This document shows, piece by piece, positions 1 through 13,873 of a stretch of DNA of 64,000 nucleotides. Source of the DNA: Phoronis australis (Eukaryota > Animalia > Phoronida); assembly GCA_002633005.1 (NCBI GenBank), contig NMRA01000519.1:26646-90645 (forward strand), given 5' to 3'. Made by a program: the position numbers and the translations under genes. The notes below the pieces were generated by a model. That model saw only the letters and a program-made list of their open reading frames with translations, did not search any database and was not told where the DNA came from. How positions within the stretch are numbered: the first letter of the stretch is position 1; each line of letters begins with the position of its first letter.

Positions 1-720
1 TTGCGTTGCATATGTACGATGGCGTCTTAGAAAAAGAACTTCGGTTTTTAAATAGTTAGGTTAGTTTCATTGATTCTACCTTTGACATTTTTCCAGAAAT
101 TTGGAACCGCGCATTATTGAGTCCAGTTCGATTGTTCACGAGTTCCACCTCATTGATTGTCTACTAAGGAGATTATTATATTGTTTCTGAAAAATAAATC
201 GAGGGCTGCGAACAAGTAAGCCACTCAAAATGACGAGTTTCTTTCTAGCATTTCCGCCACATGAAGTGATCCAAAGCATGCTTGCATGTATTCACGAACC
301 TTAACCGATACTCACCCAATACAACCAAAATCAAGATCTGTCTTTCGAAATTCAGCAAATTGCTCTTCAATCTCAGTTGCAAATTTTGTGAGAGTGCTTC
401 CGCTTTTTATAGAGATTGTATACAACGGCACTGTCATGCGCGGATATTTATTGCATTGTGGTACCTGAAGATAGTTGAATTACGCATCACATAATTATTC
501 AGTTTCGAATCTGACAGGGGTAAATTGATATCGCTTAGCAGGGTAGAAAGGGAAGATTCAGGGTTTATAGAAGGGGGACTTGGGGATATTGCGATCGTGT
601 GCAATCTGCCAAAGAGCTTGTTTGCGAAGCAATCACTGGAATTTTAACGAAATGCAGTAATATGTATACATGTAAATTGTGTTACAGTGAAATTAAAATT
701 GTTTGATAATTACCTACAGT
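1..720. repeat. Diverged direct duplicate of 60786-61375
   Basis: Shared blocks (tccagttcgattgttc, ttcaatctcagttgc, aattttgtgagagtgcttccgct, attcagggtttata). Confidence 0.85.
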
Positions 721-809
721 ACACTTACCAACAGACCTGTCTATTTAATAGTTGAATGCTTAGTCATGCTTTACCAACATCACAAAACACTGTCATATTT
801 TTATTTTTA

Positions 810-1865
810 GGTTGCAAATTTCTCAGTTCACCAATTGAAGTACTCAAGGTGAATTCAGAAAATTAAAACTCAGACGGATCTCTTTCCAGCTACCATGTGT
901 TTGGCAATGCTTTGTCAAATAAGCATTTATTAATTTTGCAGATGTAGTCAAAATTGGTGACTGCAGCATGTTTGGGCGGTTTATCGGTAGCAGGGAGGAG
1001 GAACTTGGGGCAAATTGTGCCTTAATGGTCCCATCGCAACATAACAGTGCCATAGGTGGTATTTTTCCACAACGCTGTGCACCAACAGGTCATTTGGTAA
1101 TATTTTGTATGATACATCATTTTAAAATTGGTTTATCGCTGCACAGTAACATGTAATAACGTCATCCCAAAATTCAGCAAACTATAAGCGAAGACCAATA
1201 TAACGATGATTGTGTGTTAGCTGGCTAGCTTCCCAAAACTAGGAGAACCGTCAGTTAGCTTCAGTTGACTACCTCCAGCAAAGAAGAAAGATAAATTAAG
1301 AACGTAGATATTTGTATCAATTTAACACGATTATCAACTTTTAATCAATCAGGTGACATTCTTGAGTGTTGCATGAAAATAGGGTCTTGAGGCAGGGGTT
1401 GGAAGTGTAAAGGCAGTACCGTTAGACTGAAAAGGAAGTACCCGTATGAATTGTCACAAAGCCAACAATTACATTAATTTTGATTCTTCGAAATGTAGCG
1501 CATTTTACGGTTGTCATATATTAATACAATAAATCAACAAAAACTAACCAAAAACCCCCATCTCATTCATATGCCTGTTGTTTAACTTCATTGGTAGATA
1601 TTATAAATGTGAAAGCAAAAAATTATTGGTGCCTCCATTTTTCGCAGCGCTCTTTACTTTGCCCCTATGGGTAATTAATTCACTAGCGTATCTCTTTGTT
1701 GAATGCTGGTACCATACACCCACACGTAGTTTCATAGTAGGCGTGACTAATGTCATGTGGAAAGCCATTTTTTCTAGGAATTGCTGCTAAAAGCCACAAA
1801 AGTACCAGCATAACAACGTGTGAAAATAAAACAGGGAAGTGGTTGGAAATTTTCTCTCTGCACTA
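810..1865. repeat. Diverged direct duplicate of 14955-16020
   Basis: Collinear shared blocks (gggcggtttat, aattaagaacgta, caggtgacattctt, gttgcatgaaaatag, gatattataaatgtgaaagcaaaa, tcatgtggaaagccatt, taccagcataaca). Confidence 0.85.
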
Positions 1866-3559
1866 CTCTAGGTATTGGCTCTGAATCCGATGAAGACCGC
1901 AGAAACATGATAACACTGATTTTGTGGGGGCAATAAATGAGGATACGTGTAGTAAATGTCCGCTAACTATTAAGGTCACTGAGCAAAGACTACGGATGAA
2001 TATCGACACTCTGTATGTGCGGAGCACTATAGGGTTACTTAGGTATTGCAGCCTATTTCGTACAGAAGCTATCAGCCTCGACATTGCAGTTGCAATTCCA
2101 AGGCATGTAGTGATTTGAAACTACACTGCACACGTGTTAGTAANCGTTGGTGCGAATGTCTGACAGGTGAATTTCTGGTTAGTAGAATGAACAATGACTA
2201 CGAATATATGTCGACATTGCGTCTGAGCCAAACGTTATATTATTTACGTAGGCTACTATGGTCTGTTTCGTAGTTATGAGCTTTCGCGATTGTACCTGCA
2301 AATTCATGCCATATGTTGGTTCACATTACAGTGCTCCTGTGGTTTTTCGGCAGTTAGTAAGAAAATATTTGCTGTACATATAAAACGTTTGGAAAAATAT
2401 TTATATCTACATATTTGTATGTGCAAGTAGAACCTTAATGTTTAGTGGTTCAACTTAACATTGGAATGAGCATCAGGCTGCTGACTTTGAAAAGTACAGT
2501 CTTAACCACGTTGTGAGAAAATCTTTGCAAAAAGCTTTTAACATGCAACTCATTTGTTTACCCAAATATCAGAAAAAAATGCAAAGCACCGAAAGTAAAT
2601 TGCGGAGAGAGCTTCTTTAATTTATTTCTACTGTCGGTTTTCGTCTAACCATTATTTGCACAACATCTTGTAAGCGGCCGTTTTATATCGATCCTGTGGC
2701 ATGTTTAAAACATTTAAATCAGTATTTAATACCACTAACGAAGTATCTCGTTATTCTAGAGTATCTGCCAAATTCACCCAATCCTGAAGCGTTAAAGGTC
2801 CATTTGCAAATTTTCAATATTCTTTAAAAGATGATTGGAACCCAAAAGCTCGTCAAAGACATCTCTTAAGGAATTCCTGGCGAAATTGCCATCTCCCAAC
2901 GTCTGTTACAAAGTAATTCACTTTTTTCTGTTAGGAAATTTCCAGGACAAATCACAGATTTTCTAACCCCCCTCCCACCTATGATAAATGCGCGCAGGCG
3001 CTCACAGTCAGTTACTTGAAGTCACTTGAGGTAAAAGGTCACGTGAGGAAAATGTGCTACGACTACGTCTTGTCATACGAAATAAGGAGAGGTGCTTTTT
3101 CTGGCGGGAAAAATCGACGAGGTTGCGAACAGTTGACAGATTGTTTTTTTTTTGAAATATGAACCTAAGAGGAAATGCTTTGATAACAACGAAATAAAAA
3201 TCTTTACGAACAAACATTAAAAATACCTTGTAAGCAGGTTAAATTCTTTTTAGTGTCAGAGAACCACTTTTTAATGCAATTTAGTCTGTTTAGTACGTTG
3301 CATGCCTCTTTAAACCCCAAATCTCACAACGCGAAATGGATCTTTTTTCAAATAACCGAAAGATAAGTTTTGGGGACATTTCAAAAAATTGCACTGTATT
3401 TTTAAAACACTTGATGCAGCTTTATTTGCTTGACAAGAAACAGTTTTGTCGCTGTGTACCATGATAAAATAAGTTATGAAAATACATGTACATGATATAC
3501 AGCATCAACATTTGTTTGTTAAGATACTATTTCGCATAAAGTATTAAGGGTCCTTAATT

Positions 3560-3705
3560 TTTAACAAAATTGTTTTGAATTTCTTTAAATCCGTAGTCAT
3601 ACCCCACGAATCACAACATGCGCTGGGACAATTCAACTTACGTTGAAAGATAGACGTTGTTAGAGAGCACAAAACTATGTCGTCTGCATAAAGTAGGAAA
3701 TTAAG
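3560..3705 (-). mobile_element. Decayed LINE RT fragment
   Basis: FLLYADDIVL...FQRKLN...CDSWGMTTDLKKFKTI (YADD catalytic region). Confidence 0.75.
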
Positions 3706-4188
3706 TATCAGTCCACGGAACCACCGACCACAGTACAGCCAAGAAGCGGATAGGTGGTGGGTTAGAACCGTCATTAGATTAATGGATCACATTAGGGGTG
3801 AAAGAAATTGGGCGAAGTGTGACAGCACAGAGATTGGTGGTTTAGGATATATTAGGGTAGTCTTCTGGTGGGGGGGGGGCAGAATGAGGCACTTTCTTGA
3901 TACGGAATGAGTCAGTTTTGACTGCATTTTCTACTGCAGTTTCTGCTTCAAAATAAGAACTTTTTTCTGAATAATTTTGATTTTGCATGATAGGTTCATG
4001 ACCGATGTAATCAAAAAGTCATGGTAACTCTGGAACTGTTTCCGTGTAGGTACATTTCCCGCTTGTGAAAAACTGGCAGTAAGTTATACCCTTGTAGCAA
4101 AGCAGCCCCCACGAGAAAACTAAAACTAATAATATGGGCATGTAGAAGACTCCACGCCCTTGAAATTAATACTGAAAAATAACTTTGT

Positions 4189-7100
4189 GAAATGCGATTT
4201 CGATTTTGGTGTTTTTTTATTAATTGATATGAGTATATTGTGTACTGAAGAGGATGTATTATTCTGTTGTGTTTATTTGCCACCTGAGGGTGCGACAGTG
4301 TATGAAAATCAAATTGAAAAGAATGGTGTAGAAATCTTGAGAAGTGGTACTGAAGATGCCCTTTTGAATGCCCACGACGATGTATCTCTTTTGGTTGCTG
4401 GCGATCTTGATGCTAGAATTGGCAAACTCTCCGATTATATTCAAGGAGACGCAGCAGAATTTTTGCCTTCAGGTGAATGGTACGACTCATATGCCTTTAA
4501 TTTTCCAAGGATTAGTAAAGATCATGTTATTAATTCATTTGGAAAATCACTTGTGAGAATGTGCTGCGAGCTAAATGTCCATGCATGTAACGGTAGATTT
4601 TCAGGTGATGAGGAAGGAGTGTTTACGTGTTTATCTAATAAAGGGTGTAGTGTAGTTGATTATGTACTATTGTCCACTGAATTGTTTGATTTTGTATCAG
4701 ATTTTAAAGTTGATTTATTGGATGTATCTGATCATCTTCCTCTTGTTTGTGTTTTTCACGGCTTCACTCAGTCACAGAATCACACTGTTCATAGCACAAA
4801 TTATGTCGTCCGTGAATATGACAGAGTTAGATGGAAGGCTGAAAGATGTAGTCAGTTCATGTACAAGTTTGTCAGTGGGTTCCAAGTGTTCTCTAGTGAT
4901 ATAGCGAATCTTTTTGAGAGCTGTCGGGTTGAAGACGCAGTTCAGTTGTTCAATGAAATGTATAAATCAGCTGCCTGCGACATGATTGTACACTCCAGTG
5001 CCGCGGTTAAATTTGTGAAAATCCAACCATCATGGTGGGATGAGGAGTTACAGGTGCTGAAAAGAGAGAGAAATAGTGCATTGACTGGTTTCCGACACCA
5101 CAGTAATCAGGTTAATTTTAATAAGTACAAAGAATTGCGACAAAAATTCAAAGTGACTTTTAAGTCAAAAGAAAAGTTATTTAAAGATGGACTGAGGAAA
5201 AACTTATTGAAAATGTTAACAATCCCAGAGCATTTTGGCAGCTAGTAAAATCATGCTCTAGGAAAATGACGTCAGATACTTCTATTTCTGCTGATGAATG
5301 GTTTTGCCACTTTCACTCACTCTTAAACCAAGAAAATCCTGATAATGGACGTATGATTGGACAAATAGAAAGTAACTTGGCAAGTCATGATGTGTATTGT
5401 AATGACTGTATGGTAGATGACCCAAATCAATTGAATCATGATTTTACCGAAAGTGAGATTTTTGTCGTTCTTCGAGACCTACCGAAAGGTAAGGCTTTCG
5501 GTGTTGACGGACACGTTTATGAACTCTTTAAGTCCACCAAAGATTATATAACACCTGTTTTGACAAACATTTTAATAGTGCTCTACGATCAGGGGAATTT
5601 CCTCAGTCCTGGTGTGACGCTATAATATGTCCATTGTATAAGCAAGGGGACGTCAATGACGTAAATAATTATCGGGGTATTTCACTTCTGCCTGTTCTCG
5701 GGAAAATTTTTACGAAACTCATAAACGCTCGTCTAACAAGTTGGGCCAACGATAATGACTTATTTAACGAAGCTCAGGCTGGTTTTAGAAAGGGGTATAG
5801 TACAATAGATCAAATTTTTACCTTACAAGGAATTGTTCATAAGTACATGTACTTGAGTAAGCGCAGGGGCAGATTTTATGCTATATACGTGGATTTTTCT
5901 CGGGCCTTTGACAGCATTTCACATAAATTTTTGTGGAATAGGCTTCAAAAAATAGAAATACATGGTAGTGTTTTAAAATTGATGAAAAGTATGTATTCAA
6001 AGCTAAGAGCGTGTGTAAGAACTGAGAGTGGGTTAACTGACTTTTTCAGTAATAATATTGGTACTCGCCAAGGGTGTGTGCTTAGTCCTTTTTTATTTAG
6101 TATGTATTTGAACGAGTTTGTTGATTACTTAAGAGAATGTTTAATTAGAGGAATTTACGTAAATGAGAATGTGCCTCAAATTTGTACAGTGTATGTTGCA
6201 TTACGCTGATGATATGGTTGGTTGTGCAGAGACAGCATTTAAACTACAGCAACAAATTAACGCTCTGCATGAATACTGTCAGGATTGGGGTATGAAAGCC
6301 AACCTTACAAAAACAAAAATAATGGTATTTAGAAAGGGCGGACCATTGAGAAAATACGAAAAATGGCATTTTGGAAATGTCAAAATTGATGTCCTCTCAT
6401 CATATAAGTACCTGGGTATTTGCCTTGCACCTAAGTTAGTCTGGACGCAAGCTACGGAAACTTTGTCTCACCAGGCACAGAAAGCAATTTTTTCACTTAA
6501 ACGTTTTAGTCAAAATGTGGACGACTTTCACCGAAAATTGCACTCGAGATTTTTGATAAAATGGTATACCCGATCATTAGCTATGGAAGTGAGATTTGGG
6601 GATTTAAAGAATACTCTAGTATCGAGCGCGTCCAATTGAAATTTTGTAAGCAACTGCTGGGTGTTGGAAGTAACTGTCCAAATCATGCTGTTCTGGGAGA
6701 ACTGGGAAGGTATCCAATTTTTGTAAAGCTGTTTGTTAAACTGATCAAGTATTGGTTTAAATTGTTAAAAATGCCAGCACATCGAAATCCAAAATCTGTC
6801 TATGACAAACTTGTCACAATGGATGAGGCTGGTAGGAAAAATTGGGCTTCATCTGTTAGGAATTTGCTGCAAAGGTATGGTTTTGGTTTGGTATGGTACA
6901 ATCAGGGAGTTGGCTGCGAAGCATCGTTTCGTGTCATTTTTGAGAGGCGAATTAAAGATTGTTTTTTACAAGACTGGATCTTTGCTGTCGAGAATAGCTC
7001 AAAACTTAATACATATTTCTCATTTAAAATTGATTTTGAAATGGAATCCTATCTGTTGCGTGATATACCATATATCTTTTTAGCAGCTATGGCTAAATTA

Positions 7101-7460
7101 CGTTGTTCCAACCACAACCTGATGATAGAGAAAGGTAGACATACATGTACTCTCGTGGACCAAAAATACCGTGTGTGTTGTTTCTGTGTGTCCTTATTTG
7201 AAGATGAATACCCTTTTAAACGTGTTTGTGAAATGTACTGCTCTCTGAGAACTGCATTTATACCTGAGTGGTGCTGGCGTGAACCAAATAAACATAAATT
7301 TGTAAAACTAATGAAAATGTCGGAGCCCATTGCTCAGATAAATCTAATGAAACTTGTATTTCACGCCACTGCTCTCAGGGAAAAGCTACTCAGCGTTATC
7401 CTGTAAATTTTATGTAACATGTGGGCCAAGGCTTTAAATGTTGAAATACATGAATTTGAG
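4189..7460 (+). mobile_element. 5'-truncated non-LTR retrotransposon (APE endonuclease plus RT, RTE/RTEX-like), frameshifted
   Basis: Consecutive ORF pieces carry APE motifs (GDLDAR, SVVDY, SDHLP), RT motifs (YRGISLL, QAGFR, DFSRAFD, GTRQGCVLSPFLF, YADD, YKYLG) and an RTEX-type C-terminus (YGSEIWG, GELGRYP, LRCSNHNLMIEKGRH, EDE). Bounded by a 56-bp direct repeat (4133-4188 / 7461-7516). The clade assignment comes from remembered motifs, not a search. Confidence 0.93.
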
Positions 7461-8400
7461 TATGGGCATGTAGATGACTCCACGCCCTTGAAATTAATAC
7501 TGAAAAATAACTTTGTCAGCCCTTCTTGCAAGCTGTAGGTGTCTGAAATTCTTTATTTTCAGGCTCCACATTAATTTTGTGTATTTGTCGTATTTAACCG
7601 GTCCCTACTGGTGCGCCGTTTTACGCATTAAAATGTCGTGGTATCATGGAACAGTTAACAGAGTTGGTTTGCTTAAATGCTTTTAAAGTTCACAAGCAGA
7701 TCCCACTAAAATATGAAATTATCCTAGATTTGTTGATCCAACTCATTGAATGCCAAACTAAAGCATACATGTACAATACAAGTTAGATGAATTATGGCTG
7801 ATCTAAAGTGCTGTGTTGCGCATTTATCTATTTATCTGGCACTGCCAGTCACATCAAATGAGGTATTCTTACAAATTGCCGAGATGAACAACTTTGAAAA
7901 CTCTCGGGAAATGCAGAAGGAAATCAGGGAGACATTTTAGGTGAGGGGAGGTGATGTGAAGGAGGTGGAACGTGTCTTCCCGAGAAGTTGTCTGTCTACC
8001 TCGGAGGCAGGTGTGCAGCAGGACCTAGATATTCTACCGTAGTAAATTCACTTGCTCGAATAATCGATAGAACCTTCGACATATTTTGGCGTCGCCAAAG
8101 ACACTGAGTGCCTGTACTGCGCACAAGAGCGGAAAAACGACAGAGGTCTGAAAAATGACCAAGGATATAAAATCAAGATTCGACCTCCTGCTTCGTGAGA
8201 GCTCATATAAGAATCACTAAACTCCAGGGTCTGCCCCTGACGAATATTTTTAGTAGCACGACATTAAAAAAAAAAAAAAAAAAANATTTTAAGGATTTAA
8301 TCACGTTTACATAATCACGTAATCAGTTACTGAAAGAGATCGGTGGGTACGCACGTGACAGAATGTTCAGGTAGTTTTATTGAATTGATTAAAAAAAAAA

Positions 8401-9090
8401 CAGTGCAGGTGGTCCGATGTCATTTGCGGTGCATCAGACGTGCGCAGGCCTCATGGTTGGGCCCATTGCACAAAACACCTGAGCAAAGGCACGAGACCCC
8501 AATTATGGCTCCTCGTGAAGAAAGTTTTCAAGTCTGCCAGTCTCCTTTAGGAAAACGGACAGACGTTTCCATTTGTTGCCATGCACTATATGTTGTAGGC
8601 ATGTAACAATGCCATCCAGTAGGTTGCTCCTTAGCCTATAAAAAGCTGGGCAAGACTCTACCAGGTGTTTAGGAGATTCTACGTCAGTACCACACTCGGG
8701 ACACACAGGGCTCCCCATATGCCCAGTAATGTGTCTGTGTCGGGCTAGGTTGCAGTGGCCCGTCAAAATTTGAATGACGTGTCTTATACCCAATCTATCT
8801 AGACTCAGAAGGCTTTTTGAACCTTTTGGTTCGATCACGTTGGGAAAATTCTCCTTGGTTTCTCTGCAGGAGTTAAGTGATGCCCACTGGGCTGCTGACT
8901 GGGTATGTACCCAGTTGCGTATACTCGTCCTGCAACATCCGTAAGATACCGGGATAGCAGGTTCAGGCACAAAATGCAGAACGCTTGCTCCTATCTTTGC
9001 GAGTCTGTCTGCATTCTCATTGCCATCAATTCCCACATGGGCCCTGACCCAGCGTATATTGACGGTTCTTTCAATTGCAAGAACCGTCAA
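8401..9090 (-). mobile_element. 3' fragment of an RNase H-bearing non-LTR retrotransposon (LOA/Lian-like)
   Basis: ORF 8503-9105 has the RNase H C-terminus WVRAHVGIDGNENADRLAK, LTGHC and a CCHC knuckle (CPECG...HLVESC). The 3'UTR contains caatgggcc...ggcct. Confidence 0.85.
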
Positions 9091-9100
9091 TAGCACGACA

Positions 9101-9200
9101 TTCATACATACATACTTTTATTGACGCACCTTGATTGCTTATAACTCGGGCCTTATTGCTTAAATGAAAGCCATACCAACAGTGCTAGCAATAACATGTC
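9101..9200 (-). mobile_element. Short retroposon 3' tail (AATAAA followed by (TATG)n)
   Basis: The minus strand reads caataaaagtatgtatgtatg and abuts the truncated 5' end of the LOA-like fragment. The far boundary is approximate. Confidence 0.4.
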
Positions 9201-12200
9201 TGTGAAAAATTTTGTTTGGTTAAGTTCATCAGTTTTGTTACGCAGGTAGGACTGCAACAGGTTTCCGTAATAACAGAACTGTTGTCCAGGGTTGTCGTTC
9301 GGTTGCGGTCCTCTAATCCTTCCCTTCGGTTCCGATAACGAACAGCGCCACTTAATGGCCAGTATGCTTACTAAACTGACATTGACATAGAAAATGGGTA
9401 GTCATCGCAAACTTTCGTAATAACCATCAAATGTGTTTAAACAGTTTACTCGACTTATGGCCCATGACCTACTTTTAGAGACTAGAGAGTATGTTATGTC
9501 CGCCAGTGAAGTTCTGAGATTGAATATGAAATCAATTAAACACACCGAAGCCGTCAAAAATATTGTGTATTCCTCTAAAAACTTTACATGTACATTGATA
9601 ATAAGTTGTGTTGGGTAGGCTAAAGAATGAAACGGAACACAAAAAAGTAGAACGGTTGTATCCGTATTGTGCAGTTCACGGTTTGCTCAATCACTCATCG
9701 CTGAGGTAGAAGACAGAGTCGCACATCGGAATGCACCCTCCCAAAATTGGAATAAAAAAGACAGGAAATTCCAACATGTCCTATAGGTTCCCGTAAGTGG
9801 TGCGCTGATTTAAGGCCCAGGAGGTCAATTGATCTGATAACCACATAAAGGATTCCGACGTTGTTTCATGCATGCTGAATTTGCAGTAGAGTTCAAAACT
9901 CCAGTTTAACTCATATGATTGTCAAGAAGCCGTGTACATGTATATTTCGGACTTTTAGGGTAAACTAATAAAAATAGTCAGTGGCTATTGTGAGGGTTCT
10001 ATGATATTTATCGAAGATTTTGAACCTATGGTTTCCATGTCACACTTGAGCATGAAGGATAGTGTATGATATGTATATAGTCAGGAAGAGATAACCAATC
10101 CTTGTTATCTCGTCCTGATATAATGGATTACAAAAACACAATTACACAAATCAGATGTTTGTTTGGAAATCTGTTTTGTTGAAATGGTTCACTTTTTGTG
10201 CTTATCATGGAGATGGTGTAAAGTGCAGAATGTAATTGCTCAGTTTTTGGGGTCGTGACAGCTGTCATCTGCAGTTCTGTGTTATACAAGGTCATAAATA
10301 ACCAGGATGATAGTGAACTAGGGTATGAAGATCTTGTACAGTTGAATTGGGGGATTTTAGATGGTTTTGCTACAAATTGCTTATTTAAATGCGTAGTATA
10401 CAGTGGCTGCTACTCAAGCACACTAGAGTAACCACCTTTACCAAGGCTCTGTTGCAGCCATGTATGGTATCTAGGTGAAGTCTTAGGTGGTAAGTAGTAA
10501 AACATTCAAAACATTCAGGAGGAGCATACTCATTGCAAACTATCAAAAAGTATTAAAGGCAATCTGACTTTACGTGCTGACGCAACGATCTTATATATTT
10601 TATTACTTTATTTTAGTACACTCGAGGTGCCAAAATGTATAACTAGTAAACTGTTTAACAAAGTTTTCATTTTATGCAATGACATTCAGATGTGTTGTCA
10701 ACATTTTGGCCAAGTTTCATTCTCATTGCAGCGGGGGCAGATTTGGTATAGCAGTGTATTGAACATACATGTACACGTAACCTCGAAATGGCGTAACTGG
10801 AGGGAGTGTAGTAAAACTTCCAAATGAGGGTGGTAAATCGTTATCTTTTTCAAAACATCTGTTCAACAATCTACTGGCGCCATCAAACAATGCCAAGTGA
10901 GTAATAGTTGAACAGCTTTCAATCAAGTAAACATATAAACCGTTAAACTGGACAGTTTTTACTGTGTGAAAATATGGCTGCGAAGCCGTAGAATGCGTTT
11001 GAGACTATAACTTTTGTTCAACGTAATGTTTTGAGGAAATATTTTACCACTGCGTATAGATCCCATAGGAATACATTTGCTTCAAATTTGTTGAACATCG
11101 GCTGACCCCCAACCTGCCTCTCGTGCTCTCGTGCTCTCGTGAACTAATGTGTAGCGTGCTCATCTGATTAGATGTTATTTGTGTCATTCACTGCGTGAAT
11201 TGGGTTGTTCTAAAAACTCATTATGATACATAAAATAGCAACGGTTTATCACACAGCCTATCATCCATAGTGTAATTAAATAAGTCTGTTAAATAATCAT
11301 TGAGTCTCAGCTTGCTATGCATTGATCGCAGAAGTGATAACATGGTGCTAAGCACATGGACCTGCAAAAGTGTATGAAAAGTAAACTATGTGGTAGTCGA
11401 TGAAATGCTTTAGAAATGTCAACAATTGCACTGTAGAATCTGCCACGTTTAATGCTTGTGCGTTTCCAACATGGCGCATGCAGAGTTCTTCGTTCAGGTC
11501 AGCACCACGTGTCCGACGACGACAACGAACTCCAAGATAAAGTTGAAACACAATTTGGTAGGAAGGCAGCATTTGACTTGCGCATATCAGCTGAGAATGT
11601 TCAGCAGGTAGCTTCTGGTTATGCTTGCTTTTCGGGTGAGGATGCGTGCATGCAACTGAGACATGATTTTGAAGATATATTTGTCTGCTACAGAGCAAGT
11701 CAAGGGACTTTCCCAGAAAGTGACCATTGATTCCGAGATAACGCGAGTTGCGCAGCGACCTCGTCGCAAATTCTACATGATGACTGACTGAATTGATGCG
11801 GAGATTGACTGCATATTGAATCTTAGGGTAATGGGATTATCGCCAACAGGATCCCATGGATATCAAATCTCATTGCAATCTCAAGAATAATAACGCAGGT
11901 CAAGTGTGGGCGGACATCGCGAACCTAGCAAAGCGAGAGTTCAACAACATCATCCACCCCCTCACGCAAAATATATAATTGATAGAGTTCAAAGTGTTGC
12001 AATGGCGGATCTAGGATATTATCAAGGGGGAAACATTTTATCTCGGGCAACCACGCAAAGCAAGAGTGCCCGCGAGCACCCAGCCTAACATAGGCAAATT
12101 TCTGAAGATGCGGATCTTCTGCTAAAAAAACCGAGGACTAAAAAAAAAGGGGAAATCGATTGATTGCGCACTTACAAGCGGGCATGAGCAAATTGGCAGA

Positions 12201-13873
12201 CTTAATCATATTTAACGGTTGTCAGGTATCTACACAACCAATTAACAGAAGCAAAACAAAACTCCCTCTTATCCATGTACTGGCTATTTTATCTCCCTGT
12301 TTCAAAGATCTGTTTGCTTTGCCATCTGAATTCAATTCCATTTTGTTTTTATTGAATACGGGTGCTATACGCGGAGAGCCGTTTTCATAGTGAATGAAAA
12401 GCCTCGAGTTGGCGGTTACAGCAATGAGTAGGCCCAACTTGCCGCAACAATTTTTTTCTGTGGGTTAATTTGCGTATGTATTGTTCGTACAAGCAAAAAC
12501 TAATACAACGGCTCAAACTGTTACAAAAACATTAGTTGCGTCAGTGGAATATTGTAGCTACGATTATGTAAAGTTTCACCAAAAAGACGTCCCACAATAA
12601 AAGGTACAGCCCGCAAAAATTCGAGATTTACATGGATACGGTTAATGCTGGGAATTTCATACATATTTAGCGTTTTGCACCCCAGATAATGTAAGCGATC
12701 AAGGCTGAGAATAAAATTGAGAATCCTAAGATGCTGCATACATCAACTGCTCCTGTTACCAAGGTATAGGGTATCCAGACTTCGCTGTCCCCGTACAAAA
12801 TTCCTCTAAGGAACGCCGTTCCTGCGTTACTTACGTACATACCACGGTGCCGCCTCACTTAGCGTCAGCTTGGTTGTAGTGTAGCTGTACGTGCTGCCAC
12901 CGGGGTGAGATGGAAGTGGGTCAGGGCAATAGGTCGTCTGGCTTGGATACCGAAATTACGTTATAAGAAGTCCTGTGTGACTGCATTACGACACAACATA
13001 ATGGCGACGAGGCAAACTTTTGGTTTTGCTTTTATTCCTAACAAGATTTGAATCGATGGCAAGTTTGCCGACGGCATCAACCGATAAGTATATGATTGGG
13101 CTTTCTGGCTCTTGATCATGAAACATTTAGGGCATTTTGATCCTTTGAACCGCTCATGCCCCCACGTAGCCAGCAGATGGCGCCAGTGCATGTCCTCGTA
13201 TGACATTTTACGAGATTAAGTTGGTCTGACTGACAAGAACGGCACTGTACGCAAGGCCATTTTTTACAGTACATTGTTCTGGGCTTAGTAAACAGATATT
13301 TTTTTCGCCTCCTTGGGGAGAAGTCCACTTAAGGAGCAATGGAGATTTGTAATGACTCAACACTTTGAACCAAAACAGAATGTCGTCGATGCAAGGTATA
13401 CAGTGTATGTTGACAGCGTCCTCAAGGTCAGCTTGAAAAGGTCGACATACACTGTATATGTAACCGCTGTGATAGCTTTGGTTAGGACGTGTGACTATGC
13501 TTCGTTAGAACAAGAATTTTTGTTCTATGACCAGGTTGTGGAGAAATGCAACAGTTACCATCTGCGTTTGAAACAATTTGGTCAGGACAACCTGACTCTA
13601 GATAAAACGCTTCATATCTCGCGAGTGCATCAGTCTGCACACCTCGATGCGATTACTATGCCGACCTATGTCACGTCAAAATCATGTGTCGTCATTTAAA
13701 ATACGGCAATGTCTCGTGTAATGACAGCGAAGCCTTGGCTTTTAGCAAGGACATAGCGTAGGTCCTTGTGTCACTGAAGCCTTTGCTCAACAATCCTACA
13801 CCGAATGGCCTCCAAAACATTGAAACATGGTTTAATAGATGCCTTTCCCTCTCCTCTCGAATATTACATGGTT

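Noticed and set aside
11348-13700. GC-richer stretch with several 80-128 aa ORFs (11452-11730, 12961-13206, 13313-13699)
   Set aside because: No recognisable motif, consistent splice pattern or collinear frame; it may be a decayed element but cannot be called without a search.
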